A stretch of 43,693 nucleotides of DNA from Azolla caroliniana (GCA_043228905.1 JBHGNT010000260.1:1-43693), one strand, 5' to 3'; counted from the stretch's first letter, positions 22,552-37,968 are shown. The notes: generated by a model from the sequence alone, not told the origin. Numbers and translations are program-made.

Positions 22552-25500
22552 ATGGCTCAAAATAACGACCCGATGTCATCCGCTCAAGCGGAAGGAACTC
22601 AAGGAAATCCTCTTGGACAAATGTCCATTGAGATGTATTTTTCGCAAATAACCCAATACCTTAGTTTCACCGCTCAACAGATGACCGAACTTCGGCAATC
22701 TCAAAGTGCTCTCGAGGCACGTGTCATTAGTTTACAATGAGAGACTAATAGACTTGATGAGCGATAGGGTGAACCATCGTTTGTTGTTAAGCCATTTACG
22801 GGAGAAAAAAAGGAAAGAACCGAAGAAGCAATCTACACGTGGTTGGGCCGATGGGAGTCTCATTTTGACCTCTATCCCACACCAGATAGTACAAAGATTG
22901 CATATGTCGGCCGAGAACTAGGGGGTAAGGCCACCGCTTGGTGGCGTGGGCTCTGTACTTTGGGGAAATTGCCTGATACCTGGACAGATTTTGTCACAGT
23001 TTTTAAGGGCCAATTTCTGCAACCTCCCTCTCGAACCGAGGTAGCACAAACTTTAATGAACCTCTCTAGCAGGAAGTTTTCCTCGCTAGAAGACTATGTC
23101 CACCATGCTAGAACCCAAATCCAAAAATCGGGTCTAGAAGGGGACAATTGGTTAATAACTTGTTATGTCAATGGCATCCCCAATTCGGACTATCATTGGA
23201 TAGTGCACGATAAGGATCCAAAATCCTTTGAAGAGGCTGTTGAAATAGCTCTTCGCTATCAACGCACTTTGAAGAAGGACCACAACAAACCCAACGAAGC
23301 GCTCGGGACTAAGTAGTCACAATTCGCTAGGAAATGCAAGACACCCAACGAATTCATGGATCGCGATTGTAAGTGACAACATCCTTTTTGCGTATTGTGC
23401 AAAAAGAAGGGTCATACAAAAGAGCAATGTCGAATGCTCTAGCGGAAAGAGCACGACAACAAAGCTAAAGCTGCAGACCATAAAGGTCAGATTCCTAATG
23501 TCCTTTAGGTCTATACACATCATTTAAGTAATTGTCAATGTTCTTTCCCCCACTATGTGTTGGGTCCCAATGATTTACTACGTGCAAACGGGTATATCAA
23601 TGGATCTCCTATACAATTTTTGTTTGATTCGGGAAGCTCACACAACTTTGTGAATGATCGTTTGGTTCAGATATGGGGAATCCAACCCACCGTAAGTGAT
23701 CACACCTATACAGTGCACTTGGTTGATGGAAGAGTACAATACATCAATGGGGGGATTCATTCATTAGGAATTTCTATTGATACTTACATAGAGGAAGTAG
23801 ACTTCCATGTAATGAATCTTTGTACCACTGATGTAATACTAGGTTATCCATGGTTCTATAATAAAAGCTCTTCTTTATCTACTGATTGGGTTCATCATTC
23901 AATAACTTTTGTACCGAACGATTGTACTCATTTTATTCAATGTGTAAAAAAATAATCCCTCTCGATTGTTTCCTCTCCATCAATATCCGAGTTGTCTTGT
24001 TCTACTCTATTTTATTGTGTACTTGATCCAGACATTCACGTTTACAATATCGATATTCCCTGATGTTTCGTGATGTCTCGGTTCAATTAACATATTTTGA
24101 ACAACAACTTGATGAAATCTTAAATGATTTTCGTGATGTTTTTCCGAGTGAACTACCAGATGGGTTACCTCCTAAAAATAATATAGACCATCATATAGAT
24201 ATTATACCTGGCGTTGCACCATTAAGTATACCTCCTTATCGCTTAAGTTGATCCGAAGAGGATGAGGTATCTAAGCAACTCAAGGACTATTTACGAATGG
24301 GTTATATACATTATAGTAAATCTCCATGGGGTGCACCAGTTCTCTTGGTTAAAAAGAAAGAGGGCACATGGTGTATGTGTATTAATTACCGAGGCTTGAA
24401 TAAAGTGACGATCAAGAATTCGTATCCATTGCCCTGGGCTGACGATCTAATTGACCGTCTCCAGGGAGCTCGGTATTTTACGAAACTTGATCTCCGTATT
24501 GGCTAACATCAAATTCGTATAAGTGAGGACGATGTTCGCATTTCGTATGCGCTATCGCCATTATGAGTTTTTGGTTATGCCTTTTGGTTAGACCAATGCT
24601 CCGGCTACATTTCAACAAGAAATGAATGACATTTTCTGAGAACAACTTGGAAAATTTGTCGTTATTTTCTTGGATGATATTTTAGTTTATAGCCGTACAT
24701 TACAAGAACATGCTAAACATGTCCACTTTATTTTACAAACATTGCGTGACAAACAGTTTTATGTGAAGATTTCAAAATGTGAGTTCTTCAAGAAATCAAT
24801 TACTTATCTTGGACATCTCATAACCAAATGAGGAGTTGAAATTGATCCTTCTTGCATCGAGAAAATCAAGCTTTGGCCCACTCTTCAGAACATTCGAGAA
24901 GTTTGATCATTACTTGGTTTTGTCGGGTTTTGGCGAAAATCCCTTCGTAATTACTCCCAATTGACGACGTCGTTTGTCTACAAAACCTATTGTCTGGAAT
25001 GCTACACTAGACCTCGCCTTTAAGGAACTCAAGGACCTGGTGTGCAAGGCTCCTTCACTTCTTTTACCTGATCCTTCAAAACCTTTTGAGGTTGAAACTG
25101 ATGCAAGTGATTATGCTATAGGTGTTGTCTTATATCAAGATGGTAAACCAATAGCATTCGAGAGTAAGAAACTTGATTCTACTCAATGTCGGTATACCGT
25201 TCAAGAAAAGGAATTATTTGCAGTTATACATGCACTCAAAACATGGTGCCATTATCTTTATGGAAATCGCTTTGTGGTAACTACGGACCATGAGTCCTTG
25301 AAATATTTTTGTGACCAACAAGACCTAAAAGGTCGTAAGGCACGATGGGTTGATCTCATCCAGGACTTTGATTTTTCCATACAATATCGTAAAGGTTCCA
25401 TGAACACTGTCGTTGATGCTGAAATATTATCAGATCTTTATGATCACCTTCGAGGAAAGTATCCTGATGATAGTTATTTTGCAAAATACTGGGCAAGAGT

Positions 25501-26920
25501 TGAGTCTGGAACAAACACCACCACATCCTCAAAGGAAGACTTCCACATCGCTAACAGTCTGCTCTACCGTAATGGGAAGGTTTGTGTTCCAGATTTGCTT
25601 GAGGTCAAAAAGAGAATTCTTTTTGAATGCCATGATGCACCCTTAGCAGGGCACCTTGGAATACATCGCACACTTGTTCTCATCTCCACTCAATTCTATT
25701 GGCCTAAGATGCGCCCCGACATACATAGCTATGTGACTAAATGTCACAAATGTCAGGTTAACAAAGCCGGGCGACTTAAAGCCGCAAGACTTTTACATCC
25801 CTTGGACATTCCCAATAATAAGTGGGAAAGTATATCCATGGATTTTATTGTTAGCCTTCCTCGCACCCAAAAAGGCCATGATGCCATCTGGGTTGTGGTT
25901 GATAGACTAACTAAAATGGCCAGATTTATTGCTACTAAAACCATGGTAACAGCTCCTGAATTGGCTTACCAATTTGTGGACGAGTTATTTCGTTTTTATG
26001 GGTTACGGATGGATATCGTGAGTGATCGAGATCCAAAATTTACTAGTGACTTCTAGACGCAAGTCTTTAAGAAGTTAGAAACTATGTTGAGCATGAGCTC
26101 CACGGATCATCCTCAATCCAATGGACAGACAGAACGAGTAAATCAAATTATTGAGGACATGCTTCGAGAATACGTTGGTGCAAAACCAACAAAATGGGAA
26201 CGTTATCTCCCAATTTTGGAGTTTGCTTATAACAGCTCCAAGCATACGTCGACGGGATATAGTACTTTTATGTTGATGTATGGTTTTCAGCCACGAGCCC
26301 CCATTGATGTTAATATACATTATGATGAGTTGCGAAGTACGCAAAACTTTCTTCGGGATATGCAAGATATGTTGCATATTGCACGAGATAATATAAAAAC
26401 AGCTCAAGATAGAGCGCGTTTTTATGTTGATCATCATAGGCAACCTCGTGTATTCAACCTAAATCAGAAGGTATGTTTACGTGTACCTCACAATTCTAAG
26501 ACATTGTCTACGGGTAAGTGCGCTAAGGTAGACCCACGGTTTTGTGGACCTTTTACAGTCCTCAAACGCATTGGGTCATCAGCCTATCGTCTTGCTCTTC
26601 GCGAAGGTGTTGAAATTCATCCAGTTTTTCATGTGAGTCATCTAAAAGAACTTCTAGGTTCTGGCGACAATACAGTTACAACTGAAACTTTGGTTACTTC
26701 TGAAGAATTATCTTCTAAACCACATGTACCAGAAAGAATTCTCGATGTTAAAACAAAAAAATTACGTACTAAAGAAATCCGAGAATTTAAAATAAAATGG
26801 ATGGATAAATCAATAAAAGATGCCACATGGGAACTCGAAAATACTCTCAGAACTAACTTCCGTAACTTTCCATTGCAAGAGTGCAATGTTTTAAAGAGGG
26901 GGAGTATGTTACAAGCATGA
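22552..26920 (+). pseudogene. gag-pol: gag-pol pseudogene (gag, PR, RT, RH, INT, chromodomain) with many stops and frameshifts
   Basis: Motifs [51 protein letters not shown], and PERILD..KIKW..DATWE. Confidence 0.93.
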
Positions 26921-27365
26921 CCATATAATATTTGTGGTGAGAATTTACCGTAGTATTCTATACACGTGGATAAGTGTGAGGGTGGTTAAACGAGAGTGTA
27001 AAGAAGGGGAGGATTACTTTTAATCCTCGGGATTGAGACAACCCATTAGGCCAAGTGTGAACTTGCCTGGGGACCTTGGGTATCGCTATAAATAAGAGGC
27101 CTAGCTACCCTCATTTCATCATCTTGTTGACTACGTCGAGACTCTGTCTTGTGGTGGGTCAACTCTTGTAGCGAGCGCACCAACCCCAGCTACGACTCGA
27201 TGCCACGACGGTGGTATGGGACGCCGATCTAGGCTCGAGTCCGTCTTGATCCCTTCGCTCGGGGGTGGTCGGGTGGATCAATACCCTTCTTTCTCTCTCT
27301 CCTTTCTATCTATCTATCTATATTCTATCCTTATCTAATGTTTACATTAGTTCATGTCTCTAATA
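26907..27365 (+). repeat. 3' LTR
   Basis: Diverged copy of the 5' LTR with ~25 extra bp near its start; the terminal CA has mutated to TA. Confidence 0.92.
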
Positions 27366-27370
27366 CCAAG

Positions 27371-29116
27371 CGCTTAGGGGTTGCTAGATTATTCCATGCA
27401 ACCCAAGTGATTCCCATCTTATCCCTCTTCTTCCACAACAAATATCGAAGAAGTTGCAAAATAGAATGCAAAGCCTTCTTTGTTCATGGCAACAATGGCA
27501 AGTAATATAATATCATGGGTTCCATAATACATTGTAAGACCTTCAAGCATACATGAAATGGCCAACATTGTGACTTCCAATAAATGAACTTATCCCTCAA
27601 CTTACTAGACATCCATTCAATCAATTGACCATTTGTAACATTCATTCCTAATGGATAGCCCAAGTGTAAAAAAATAGAGCCTTTTTTCACCATAGATCCT
27701 TGCCATCCTAAACATTCTAAATCCCTTTCAGTACATGATATGAGACTAGACTTCCTCCAATTAATATGTAATCCGGAAGCCAATGCAAATTGGTTCCATA
27801 CGAGCATCCCCTTCTCAAGATTCTCTGTGAGACTTGTAGAAACATGAAAGAATCATTAGCCAAAGCTTGTGCTACTAGTTGCCCTCTAGACGGAAGGTGT
27901 AGACCCACAATATCACCATTTGTTGCAAGCTTGGATAACATCACTAACAAGGGATGAGTAACAATAGAAAACAACAATGGACTAATGGGGCATCCTTGAC
28001 GAACGGATCTTGTGAGGAAAATATCTTATGTAACTCCCCCATTAAGCATTACTCGAGACATCGCATCTTGTCCTAATAAAAATATGAGGCGAGACATACA
28101 AGGTCCAAAGCCCATTGTATGCATTAACCCAGAAACAAAGGACCATTAATATAATCATAAGCTTTCTCCAAATCTAATTGCACCACAATCAATTCTTGAT
28201 GAGTGTTTCAAGCATAATCCATGGCCATTTGAACATTCAACACATTATGCAATATATTCCTACCTGCAATAAAACCATATTGGGCAGGATGTATCAACTT
28301 TGGCAAATACTTTTGTAATCTATTTGCCAAGACCTTTGAAAATATCTTATACAACCCCCCCATCAAAGAAATAGGTCTCCATTGATGAAATGACTCTCGA
28401 GATGCCACTTTTGGAATTAATTTAATTAGACCAACCGTCCAAGCTTGAGGCATACGACCAAAATCCCAAGAATGTTGAAACATCAAAGTTAAGGGCCCCT
28501 TTAAAATGTTCAAATATCGCTTAAAAACTTCATTTGTCAAGTCATCCCAATCGGGGTTGTTACCACTAGGAAAATGCCTTAAAACTTTGTCCACCTCATC
28601 CTCAGTGAAATCCGCATCCAATTCATGACTAATGAGGTCATGCACAATACATCCAACCACATCATAAAACTCATGGCGTGCTCTCAATTGTGGGTCATTC
28701 AACTCCTTAAAGTAATGAACACATATGTCAATTATTGTAGTAGGATCCACTATCCATTCATCCCCTTGCTTCACATGTACCACATTAGATCGAGTATAAG
28801 TAGGATGTAATGCTTGGAAAAACAAATGAGATTGACATTGATTATTTATGAGCCCATCCCTGAATTGTCGCATCTTCGTATAACGATAACTTTGGCATTG
28901 CAATTGAGAAATAATAACATGCAATTGACTTTGGATATCCAAAAGCTCCTCATCTAATGGTGCATGTATCAATAATGCATTACACCTGGAGAGAACTTGT
29001 GAGAATTGTTGAAGAAGACCTCTTCTTTGTTGAGCATTAGTTACTCCACACATACGATGAATGATCTTAGTGTTTCGTAATGTGATATCCCATGCTTTAA
29101 CTCCTTTAAGATTCAC
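27371..29116 (-). pseudogene. LINE ORF2 reverse transcriptase remnant
   Basis: ORFs 28208..29116, 27717..27977 and 27484..27807 carry successive L1 RT motifs. Confidence 0.85.
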
Positions 29117-29286
29117 TTCTTGTGAAAAATTGAAGATGAAGGGGTAATCCCTTATCCCTAAATTGTCTTTGCCAAGGAACTTTTCAAGGACCTTCCCTAG
29201 TTCCTAAATTACCTTTCCAAGTAGTCTCACGATTAGTGGGCAAACTATTACGTTGCATATTGATTGATTTCCCCTTTGACTTGCCC

Positions 29287-30471
29287 CTAACCTGATGCAA
29301 TCCTTTTCAACAACAACATCACTACTAGTTTTTCCAATGGTTTTTTCCCCTTATCTATAACCACCAAACTTTGTTTTTCCATATCCATAGATTGAGCTCC
29401 TTTATTCTTAGGGCCCAAGCCTTGAAGTGAAACCTGTTTATAACCCGCTCTAGATGATGTTCCTTCATCCATAACAACCACAATATCACCAACATCTCTC
29501 CCAAATCCTTCCTTACCATTCCCTTCATTAGGAACCTCTATAGTTGAAGGACAATGACGATGGCATTCTGCCATAAAGTGACCCCATTCACCACATCCAA
29601 AACAATGACCTGCAAATGTCTCCCACTTCAATTTAAAACAAAGTCTTTTCATACCAGGTGTGTTCATACGCACCCATCCTGGCCTCTTACGACTTGTATC
29701 CCATAACATGCAAAATCTACACTTATTTGTAGCATTTGCATGTGGAGATACCAACACTTTACCCATTTGACTCATCAACTCTGGTAAAAGTGGCCATAAA
29801 AAAGCATGCTTGCAATACATTGTTACCCAAACGACGCATTCTTGTTTTAACAAAGCATGATAGTCCACGACGGGGGGCCATTGCATTACATGCACCAATC
29901 GTTTATCAAAAAACACAAGAACTTTAGCCAACAATGCACTTCGATGTTCCGGTGAACAAAACACTACATCATAAAACCCTCGTGGTCTTGCATATATATC
30001 TTCAACACAATTTGGTGACACGATTGTGTTCAACCATTGTTTAGTCCAATTAATGTATGGGAGTTTCCCGGTAAAAAACAATATAACTGCACGATCATAG
30101 AACACATTGCCTTAGCATCAACTTCCACATCATGCACATCCTCATCAGTGCATTCTTTCGTTGCATTTTCATTATCTTCCACAATATCAAACAACAAGGT
30201 ATTGGCAATTCCCCATAATTTATCCCAATTATAATTATCCTACCTCATTTACATGTATTACTTCGGCATATGTCATTTTTTTCTCATAAATTTCCTCAAT
30301 ACCCTTAAACATCTTAGAGCTTCCAATGTCTTCCCTTTCACGATTACATTCAACCATCACATTACTCTGTTTTGGATCAATTGTGTCCATATCAATGTCC
30401 CCCACAATTTGAGAGGAATTCATGTTCATATCCATTATTCTTGATGTGATAGCGATCTGGGATAATAACAA
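29287..30471 (-). pseudogene. LINE ORF1 remnant (plant L1-type, zinc knuckle)
   Basis: Contains RGFYDVVF and CFGCGEWGHFMAEC; stops or frameshifts occur around 30105-30237. Confidence 0.75.
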
Positions 30472-31061
30472 TTTTCCATGAACAAGAAAGATAACCGGAA
30501 CTCACCTGATTGAAGATGTCGAAGATGATGGATACAATAGAAGAACCACATTGTGTGTTGAGTATGTGGATGCCAATAACACAAGATTCCTTATTTCTAT
30601 CGCTGCTTCTCGCATAGACCACCAAATTTAACTTGTTGTATCTCGTTACGAAGCTCTAATGGAGGGCTTTTCTAACGCATGTCTTTATGCTCAATTCCGT
30701 TACCGATAGAGAGCACAACAATAAAAACAATTTCGCTTCTTCATCCCCTCTCCACTAGACTTGTTTTTTTTCCTCTTCTCTTTTTTTTTTTTCGTAAATC
30801 AATGTTTGTTATTAAAACAAAATTATAATACACCCCTTGCTATAATATTTGTGATAGTGCAAGGGAAACCCTCGCAAGTGTTGTAAAACTAGATGACATA
30901 AGTCTATCTCCTCTTGAGACAAGATCCCCATACAACATAGTTGTGAAAATTGCCAAATCAATTTCCCTTTCATCCTACGGATTTGTTGTGCTACCCCATG
31001 AAGTCCATCAAACAAGAACTCATTTCTTTCCTCCTCTCTTCTCTCTCTCTCTCTCTCTCTC

Positions 31062-33739
31062 ACTAATGGTTTTACATGTAGAAAACACAACGGAAATAGT
31101 GTGATTGACTATGTGCTACTTTTCGAAGGTATTTTGGATCATATACATAAATTCTCACTTGGTGAATGGACATCGGAATCCGATCATAGGCCTTTATGTA
31201 TTGATCTCAAATGTATTCAGAGGTTTGATTGTGAGAAGGCTATTGAAGATAATAAACAACCACACTTGAGCATGAACCTTAAGCGAGCACCCATGTATTC
31301 CAAGATGGTTGAGGATATGTTACAAATGACAAAGATACAACATGGGGCCACACTAGAATGCAAATGGGAAGCTTTCAAGAAAAAATGGTTTGATAAAGAA
31401 TGTTGTGAAGCTCGAAAGTGCCTTATGCTTTTGGATGTAGTTAAGGATAAAGAGAATTACCAAAAGCATTTGCATGAGTATAAAAGGCTTATTCAAAGAA
31501 AGAGAAGAATATGGGAAGTTACTCAACAATTTATCCAAACGCAAGAGAAAGCACATGCATGTGCTAAATTTTGGGGAAATCTAAAGGGAAAACGTGTTGA
31601 GAGTTATGGTGACTTAACTCTTCATGAATTGTCTATGCATTGTAAGAATTTATATGAGTTATCTCTTGCCGGAAAGATGATGTGTTATGGTTCTCTTTCA
31701 CATATGCCTCCCTTCTTTACAATTGAAGATATATATGCATAGGACTTAAGAAATTGGCCTCTCGAAAGGCAAGCGATCTTCAATGTATAAAGGCTGAAAT
31801 GCTCAAATGGACAGGAAAGGAAGCACATATATGGATAAGCGATATGTTTAATGATGCATTGCAACATGGTATGTCATACGATTGGACTACAAATTGGATC
31901 AAACCTTTACATAAAGGTGGAGATATAAATAATGTAAACAACTATCGAACCATCATGGTTGGCTCATTAATGGCAAAACTATTTGGATGTATAATGGAAT
32001 CAAAGATAAGTGTATGGGCTGAAAAAAGTGGTAAGAGAGCTTATGGACAAGCTAGCTTTCGGAAACACCATAACACCATTGATCACCTTATCACCCTTCG
32101 AGTATTAATGGAGGAAAGTCGCCTTAGAGGTAAAGGTTTATATTGTTGCTTTGTAGACTTCAAGAAAGCTTTTGATATGGTACCTCGTGAGCATCTTTGG
32201 AGGCGAATGGAAGAACTTGAGGTGCCAAGTGAATATATGCTTGCAATTTCCCGAATTTATGAGAAGGTTATATGTTGTGTGTGCATGAGAGATAAACTTT
32301 CAGATTTTTTCAAAAGCACTATTGGTGTTAAGCAAGGATGCCCACTCTCACCAAAACTATTTGGTCTATGCATTGATGAATTGGAAGAAATGGTTACCAT
32401 GTTTGCAAAGGAAGAATGTGTTGAAGAAGTTTCCATTGGGAATGTTGTAATTATGCTTTTGCTATATGTAGATGATGTAGTGCTTTTTGCAAATACTTTA
32501 GGAGATGCAGGAAAGCTTATGAAGGCATTGGAAATTTTTTGCATGCATACTAAATTAAGTGCCAATAGCTCTAAAACAAAGATTATGCTTGTGAAGAGCC
32601 AAAAAAGAGATAAATCATGCATTATGTACAACAATGAGTCACTTGAATGTGTGGAAAGCTTCAAATATCTTGGCCTTGAAGTTCCTTCAAATCATAGATG
32701 GAATGAATGTGCTACACGCCGCTTAGAGGCAGGCAAGCGAGCATACTATGCATTTGAGAACACATGCAATTCCGAGATATTAAGTGTTGGGTCCTCAAGA
32801 AATATCTTTTCGACACTTTGGTGACACCGGTTCTTCTCTATGGGGTGGAAGTATGGGGCGGTAGTATCCCTAAATCTATGTGGAAAGAGTTTGAAAATGT
32901 CCAAAAGCATTTTCTTACCAAGTTTCTACAAGTTAAGAAACAAACGCCCTACACCCTCCTCCTCCTTGAGACGGGATCCCTTCCCATTGAGATCATGGCC
33001 ATGGAAAGGGTTGTTGAATACATGCTTAAGGTTCAAAAAAGTCCCTCACATCGACTTCCTAGAATTGCGTGGGAAGCAAGCAAAAAGATCCAAAAGACGC
33101 ATAAAAGCAAAATTTTGTGTTCCGGTTGGATGCAAGATATAGAAAAATGGTTTGGTAGATGGGATGCGAGACACTTGCTTCATGATGCATCATTAGATTC
33201 CTCTGTAAATGAGGCATTTTTGCAATGCGAATGTATCATGACATGGGACAAATGTGGAGGCTCACGCTTCACACATTATACTACACATGTTGCACCTAAC
33301 TACAAAACCATATTCTTTGCGGAACGGGGAAATCGTACATATCCATACATGTTAGAGCCCATACCGTTATCTGCCATTCGAACCATTGCTTCCATGTGAC
33401 TTAGCTCACATGCATTGCGATGTGAAACAGGGCGTTGGGGTACAAGTGATGAGAGTGGTCGGCTATGCACACTTTGCCCTAAACAAGTTCGCGAGTCTGA
33501 GTATCACACTTTGATACAATGCTCTACCTTTGATCATATTCGACCATGCTTTCCACATCTCTTCGATCGAGCCCAATCTTTGCATGAATTCCTCTCACAA
33601 CCACAATGTGCACTCTCGATTTCAACATTCATTGGTAAAGTTCTTGAACATCGAGAGTCACTACTCACTTTCACACGTATCACGTGAAATGTAATATTTT
33701 TGGTCTCATAGGTCATATTTGACCTCCGAAGACGATAAT

Positions 33740-33744
<5 letters not shown>
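31062..33744 (+). mobile_element. 5'-truncated RTE/RTEX-like LINE with decayed ORF2, inserted in a (CT)n tract
   Basis: Endonuclease tail (IDYVL..SDHRP), RT (NNYRTI, FVDFKKAFD, GVKQGCPLSP, LYVDD, FKYLG) and C-terminal ETGRW..RLCTLC..ESEYH..C. Ends in a short TAA-like tail. (CT)n flanks both sides (31041-31061 and 33745-33770). Confidence 0.88.
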
Positions 33745-33770
<26 letters not shown>

Positions 33771-34584
33771 TTGTGCACTTAATCTTGATCTTGTTTGTTG
33801 CTACAATTGCCTTTGCTTCTCTTGTCAATCAAACCTTCTTGACCTTGTTCCCCATCAACTAGAAGATCTTCATCATAGAGAGTGTTGGTTTTGTTCTGCA
33901 TTTGATGACCGGTTACAACATCAATTGATGCATCCAAGTAACTCATAATTAGACTATCTATTTTCATGGAAACAACTCATAATTAGAGAGAGAACAAGAT
34001 TGATCAAGACTTATAACTTGCATGATCTTCTTTGTGCTAGGGAAAGAGAGTTGAGATCTCTTTCAACACTGATTTCATTTAATGTCATTTGTTTCCAAAT
34101 TCTCTAGTATTATCTTGATCGTTATAATATCAACAAACTAGTAAATATTTTTTATAACATTGTTATGTTAACATAACACAAAATGTTACTTCCGATGTGT
34201 CTCCATTTGAGGGAGATATGAATTGATATGGTCATTTAACCTCTTTTTGAACATCACACCACCTCTAAGTTAATGAATTACATTAAGGTTCTCATCAACA
34301 TTACATTAGATTTTGAACATGTTTGTGTAGAAGGCGATTGTGTGTGATTATGAGGTTATTGACCTTGCTTTATGTTTGTCAATGAAGATGGAATGTTTAC
34401 GGTAATACCATAAGTTGGGGGAAATAATGTCATATTCTTTAGTTTTAAAAACCTTATAAGGCTCAATTTCCAATCTTAAATACTGTTCATAGGCCAAATC
34501 TATATAAGAAATATGGGCATATTATAATTTGTGGGAAACTAAACCTTATAAGGCTTAGTTTCCAATCTAAAGTATTGGTCATGG

Positions 34585-34618
<34 letters not shown>

Positions 34619-37600
34619 TGATTACAACAAAATATGTATGTTGCATGAAAAATGTACCATATAAAAAATGACACACAATAGAATGAAGAATGTTTGTTTA
34701 TTAATGATTGTCATTGCACTCCAAAAATAAATAAGTCAAGAAAAAATAATAATATTTTTTACAATAAAAGGAAAGCTCGAGGAAATATAGTTAGCCTCAT
34801 TAATACTAGCCAATGGAGACATATCTGTAGAATCTAGCAATAGTCGTATAGTTGAGTTTTTGACTTGAGATGTAGGTTTCTATGTTACAATGTCCACCAT
34901 TAGATCATTGTGCGTTATTTTGATTAGTTACCGTCGGAGAAGACTCATCTAGCTCCAATCTAGAATTATCAGTTGTATCTAAACATATACATGTTTCCCT
35001 TCTTATACAATGGAATACAATCTTTTAAAATCAATTTCCTTTTGCTTTTAATGTCTTCAAATGTGTTCTTAGAAAGTATAACATTATTGTCTTGTAGATT
35101 CTTAAAGACGTTGAACTAGGCTATTTGAACACACTCAAGACTTGCGTACAACCTCACTATGCAGAGAGTACTTTGTGACAATGATCACTCGACTTACACA
35201 TTATTAAGGCAACAACATACAAGCAAGGTCGATCCACCTACTCAATATAATGATGAGAGGGGTGGTGATGATGGCATATGTAAGGATGCAACCAAGAAAC
35301 TATACCTTCTTGGTGATAGCTTTTTTTTTAAAATACTAAATGTCTTTTCATGGGTTATGAAGCAACCAATAAACTATACATTGGATGTGCAGTAATGTGA
35401 TCAAGTTCAAGTTTATGTTGTCGCAAAGTTACGCTGGTACATGTGTTTCTTGAGTGGGACCACCGAGGACTTGAACCAAAGAGGATGGATAACTTGGTTA
35501 GTGTCAAATGATCATCAAACTCAAAGACTTTGTAGAGTAGAAGATTGATAAGAGCTGAAAGATCGTCAAAGTCAAAGTGCGGCCGAGTCGAAGACTCTCC
35601 AAAGTTGAAGGCTCCTTAGAGTCGAAGGTAGCGATGACCCAAACAACAAATTATGTGTAAGACAATGATTGAATCACGTAATTAACCCAATCATCATGAA
35701 ATTACAAATGGATTTTACAAAATTAAGTCTGAAATTGCTAGAACAAGGACGAAATTCCCTTTATAAAATAGGGGTTACAAGTTTTTCAGAGCTTTTTTAT
35801 TACAACGATGATAAATGTCAAAAATTAAACATAAACCAAGAACCTTGAATTTGCGAATAAGAAGTTAGTAAACCCTTAAGACAACAAGTAAGTTGTGGAG
35901 AAGAAGAAGAAGATCAAGAAGTAAAGAATAATAAGAAAACCTTGATTGAAGTTGTAGGGGGAAATCCTCTAGTTTCAATGTAATCTCCCAACAATCAATG
36001 ACCATGTCGCCTCTTGGTGATGTTGGTCTTACAAGTCCTCTTGATTCGCTACCCTCACCTCTCAATCCGATAGAGCACCCTCAATCTATTAATCCACCTT
36101 TTTAATAATCATGACAACACCTATCGCGTACATGGATATGCTTGTATATTGAATGTGTATGCTCAAATTATTATATGCTTGTAATTGTATGCATACATAA
36201 GATTGTGTATATGGATGTACGATTGCATACACATGTTTTTCTATAATTGATTGATTGCATGCATTTAAAATCGAGTGTATGTTGATTGTGTGAATATGCA
36301 TATGCATTGACATATGTACAAAATATGTGTTCTCAGGATATGGTTTGTGTGACGGGAGGAAAACATCAAAAGACCATGTTTTATGGTATGATATCAAAAG
36401 GCAAGATGGTTGTCGATTGTAGACTCTCAACATTGAAACTTAAAAATATCCCCTTAGATATTTTATCTTGATCTCTCCCACCTTGTGTAACATGTTTATT
36501 CATTATAAATCAGTTTGGTTAAATTTTGAATTTCCATGTGGGTTGATCTAATCTATGAGAAATAAGATTGCCACAATTTGTACTCATTATTTATTTCAAA
36601 AACAATTTAAATTGTAATTTTAGCGTGATTTGTTAACATTGCGGAACTTTTTCCTTAAACAACCAAGCATGGGGCAAATTACAAATAGTATGATATTAAT
36701 TTTGTGGGACATGAAATTTGGTTTGGTATGTCCAAGTGATAGGCATACCATCAATGAGGTATCCATGAGGACCGTGGCGATATTTTTGACTTAGAAATCT
36801 GAATATTACAACAAATTTTATGAGCAAAGGAAACATTGATTACCATTGGGATTCAAACATATCAGGTGCCCTTCCGTTGGGAGACATTCATACAATAGAG
36901 AGCAGAAATTTCCTGACAAGAATAAGTCATCAGGATTCCAAACTCGTACCTAGGGACCTCAAATCATCCTTATGTCCTAATTTCGGACCTAAGGACCTCC
37001 AAACATCCATAGGTCCTCATTTTGTACCTAGGAACCTTTAATCACCCCTAGGTACATTTCGAACCTAGCAATCTAGAGGTTCCATCCCATTTCATCCCTA
37101 TTAGGGACCAATTCGAGAAGCAAATACAAGATATATAGGAAAAAGGGAGAGAATAAGTAAATAAGGATATTATCCAAGGAGTTTGATGAAGTGGACTCTT
37201 GACATGAGAAGGCTCACAAATGTGTTGAACCAAAATGGTTTGAGAAGACTCTTCACTTTAGAAGGTGTCGAGAATAGAAGGACAAAGAGGACAATTGTTG
37301 CTCATCAATATAATTGTCATGTGGAAAATGATAACATGCAATGTATGTTTTAAACGACACAATCATCCGTTGGTAAGACTTTTCAATGAGGTCTACAAAA
37401 TATTATTTTGGTAAGTAGCAATGTTGTAGAGATATCAATATGTGTTAATTTGCTTACCCTAATTAGAAAACTCAAGTTATGATCAACACACCTCCTCTTT
37501 AATAATTAATCTTAAACCATATATGAATGCCCTTCAATATATCGTTGTTCCCATAAAGGACAATCTTTGTTGTTATCTAGCTTTAAGGTTCAACACAAAT

Positions 37601-37968
37601 GATGGTATGTGCATTATTAACATGATAAATTATTGAGTCGTAACCATTGTTATAATACCACAAAGATGGAAAGGTACATTGTTCACATGCTACACTGACA
37701 ATATTAGGTGCTGAAGATGAGCATATGTGTGTGGAAAATGCATTTTTCTTTGTTCTATCCATCATTTTGTTTATGGATCATGTACTACTGATTGCACCTC
37801 TATATCTTTATTGGTCATGTATTTGTTTCTCTTTGACATTGTACAACGTCACTAGGTTATGCAAATGCATATAGAGCTCGACCTATTGTACTGTTAACAA
37901 ACACCACTTAATTAATTGCGTGAAGGTATATTCAAACTTCAAATGTTTAGTCTCTTTGATGGACATCT

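Larger units (their letters stand above)
20601..27365 (+). mobile_element. Older full-length Ty3/Gypsy chromovirus, decayed
   Basis: LTRs at 20601-21044 and 26907-27365, diverged with indels. TSD CCAAG at 20596-20600 and 27366-27370. PBS and PPT (26893-26906) are present. Confidence 0.95.
19290..30600 (-). mobile_element. Decayed L1-clade LINE, split by the LTR element at 20601-27365; boundaries approximate
   Basis: ORF1 lies at ~29287-30471. ORF2 RT fragments lie at 27370-29116 (WRPISLM, AQYGFIAGRNI, RQGCPL). The frame rejoins across the insertion as LATPKRLGGL. C-terminal fragments lie at 19377-20600. The endonuclease region appears deleted. Confidence 0.85.

Noticed and set aside
35400-37300. 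Possible decayed LTR or solo-LTR fragments (GTCGAAG- and CCTAGG-rich short repeats)
   Set aside because: No termini, TSD or coding motifs could be established.
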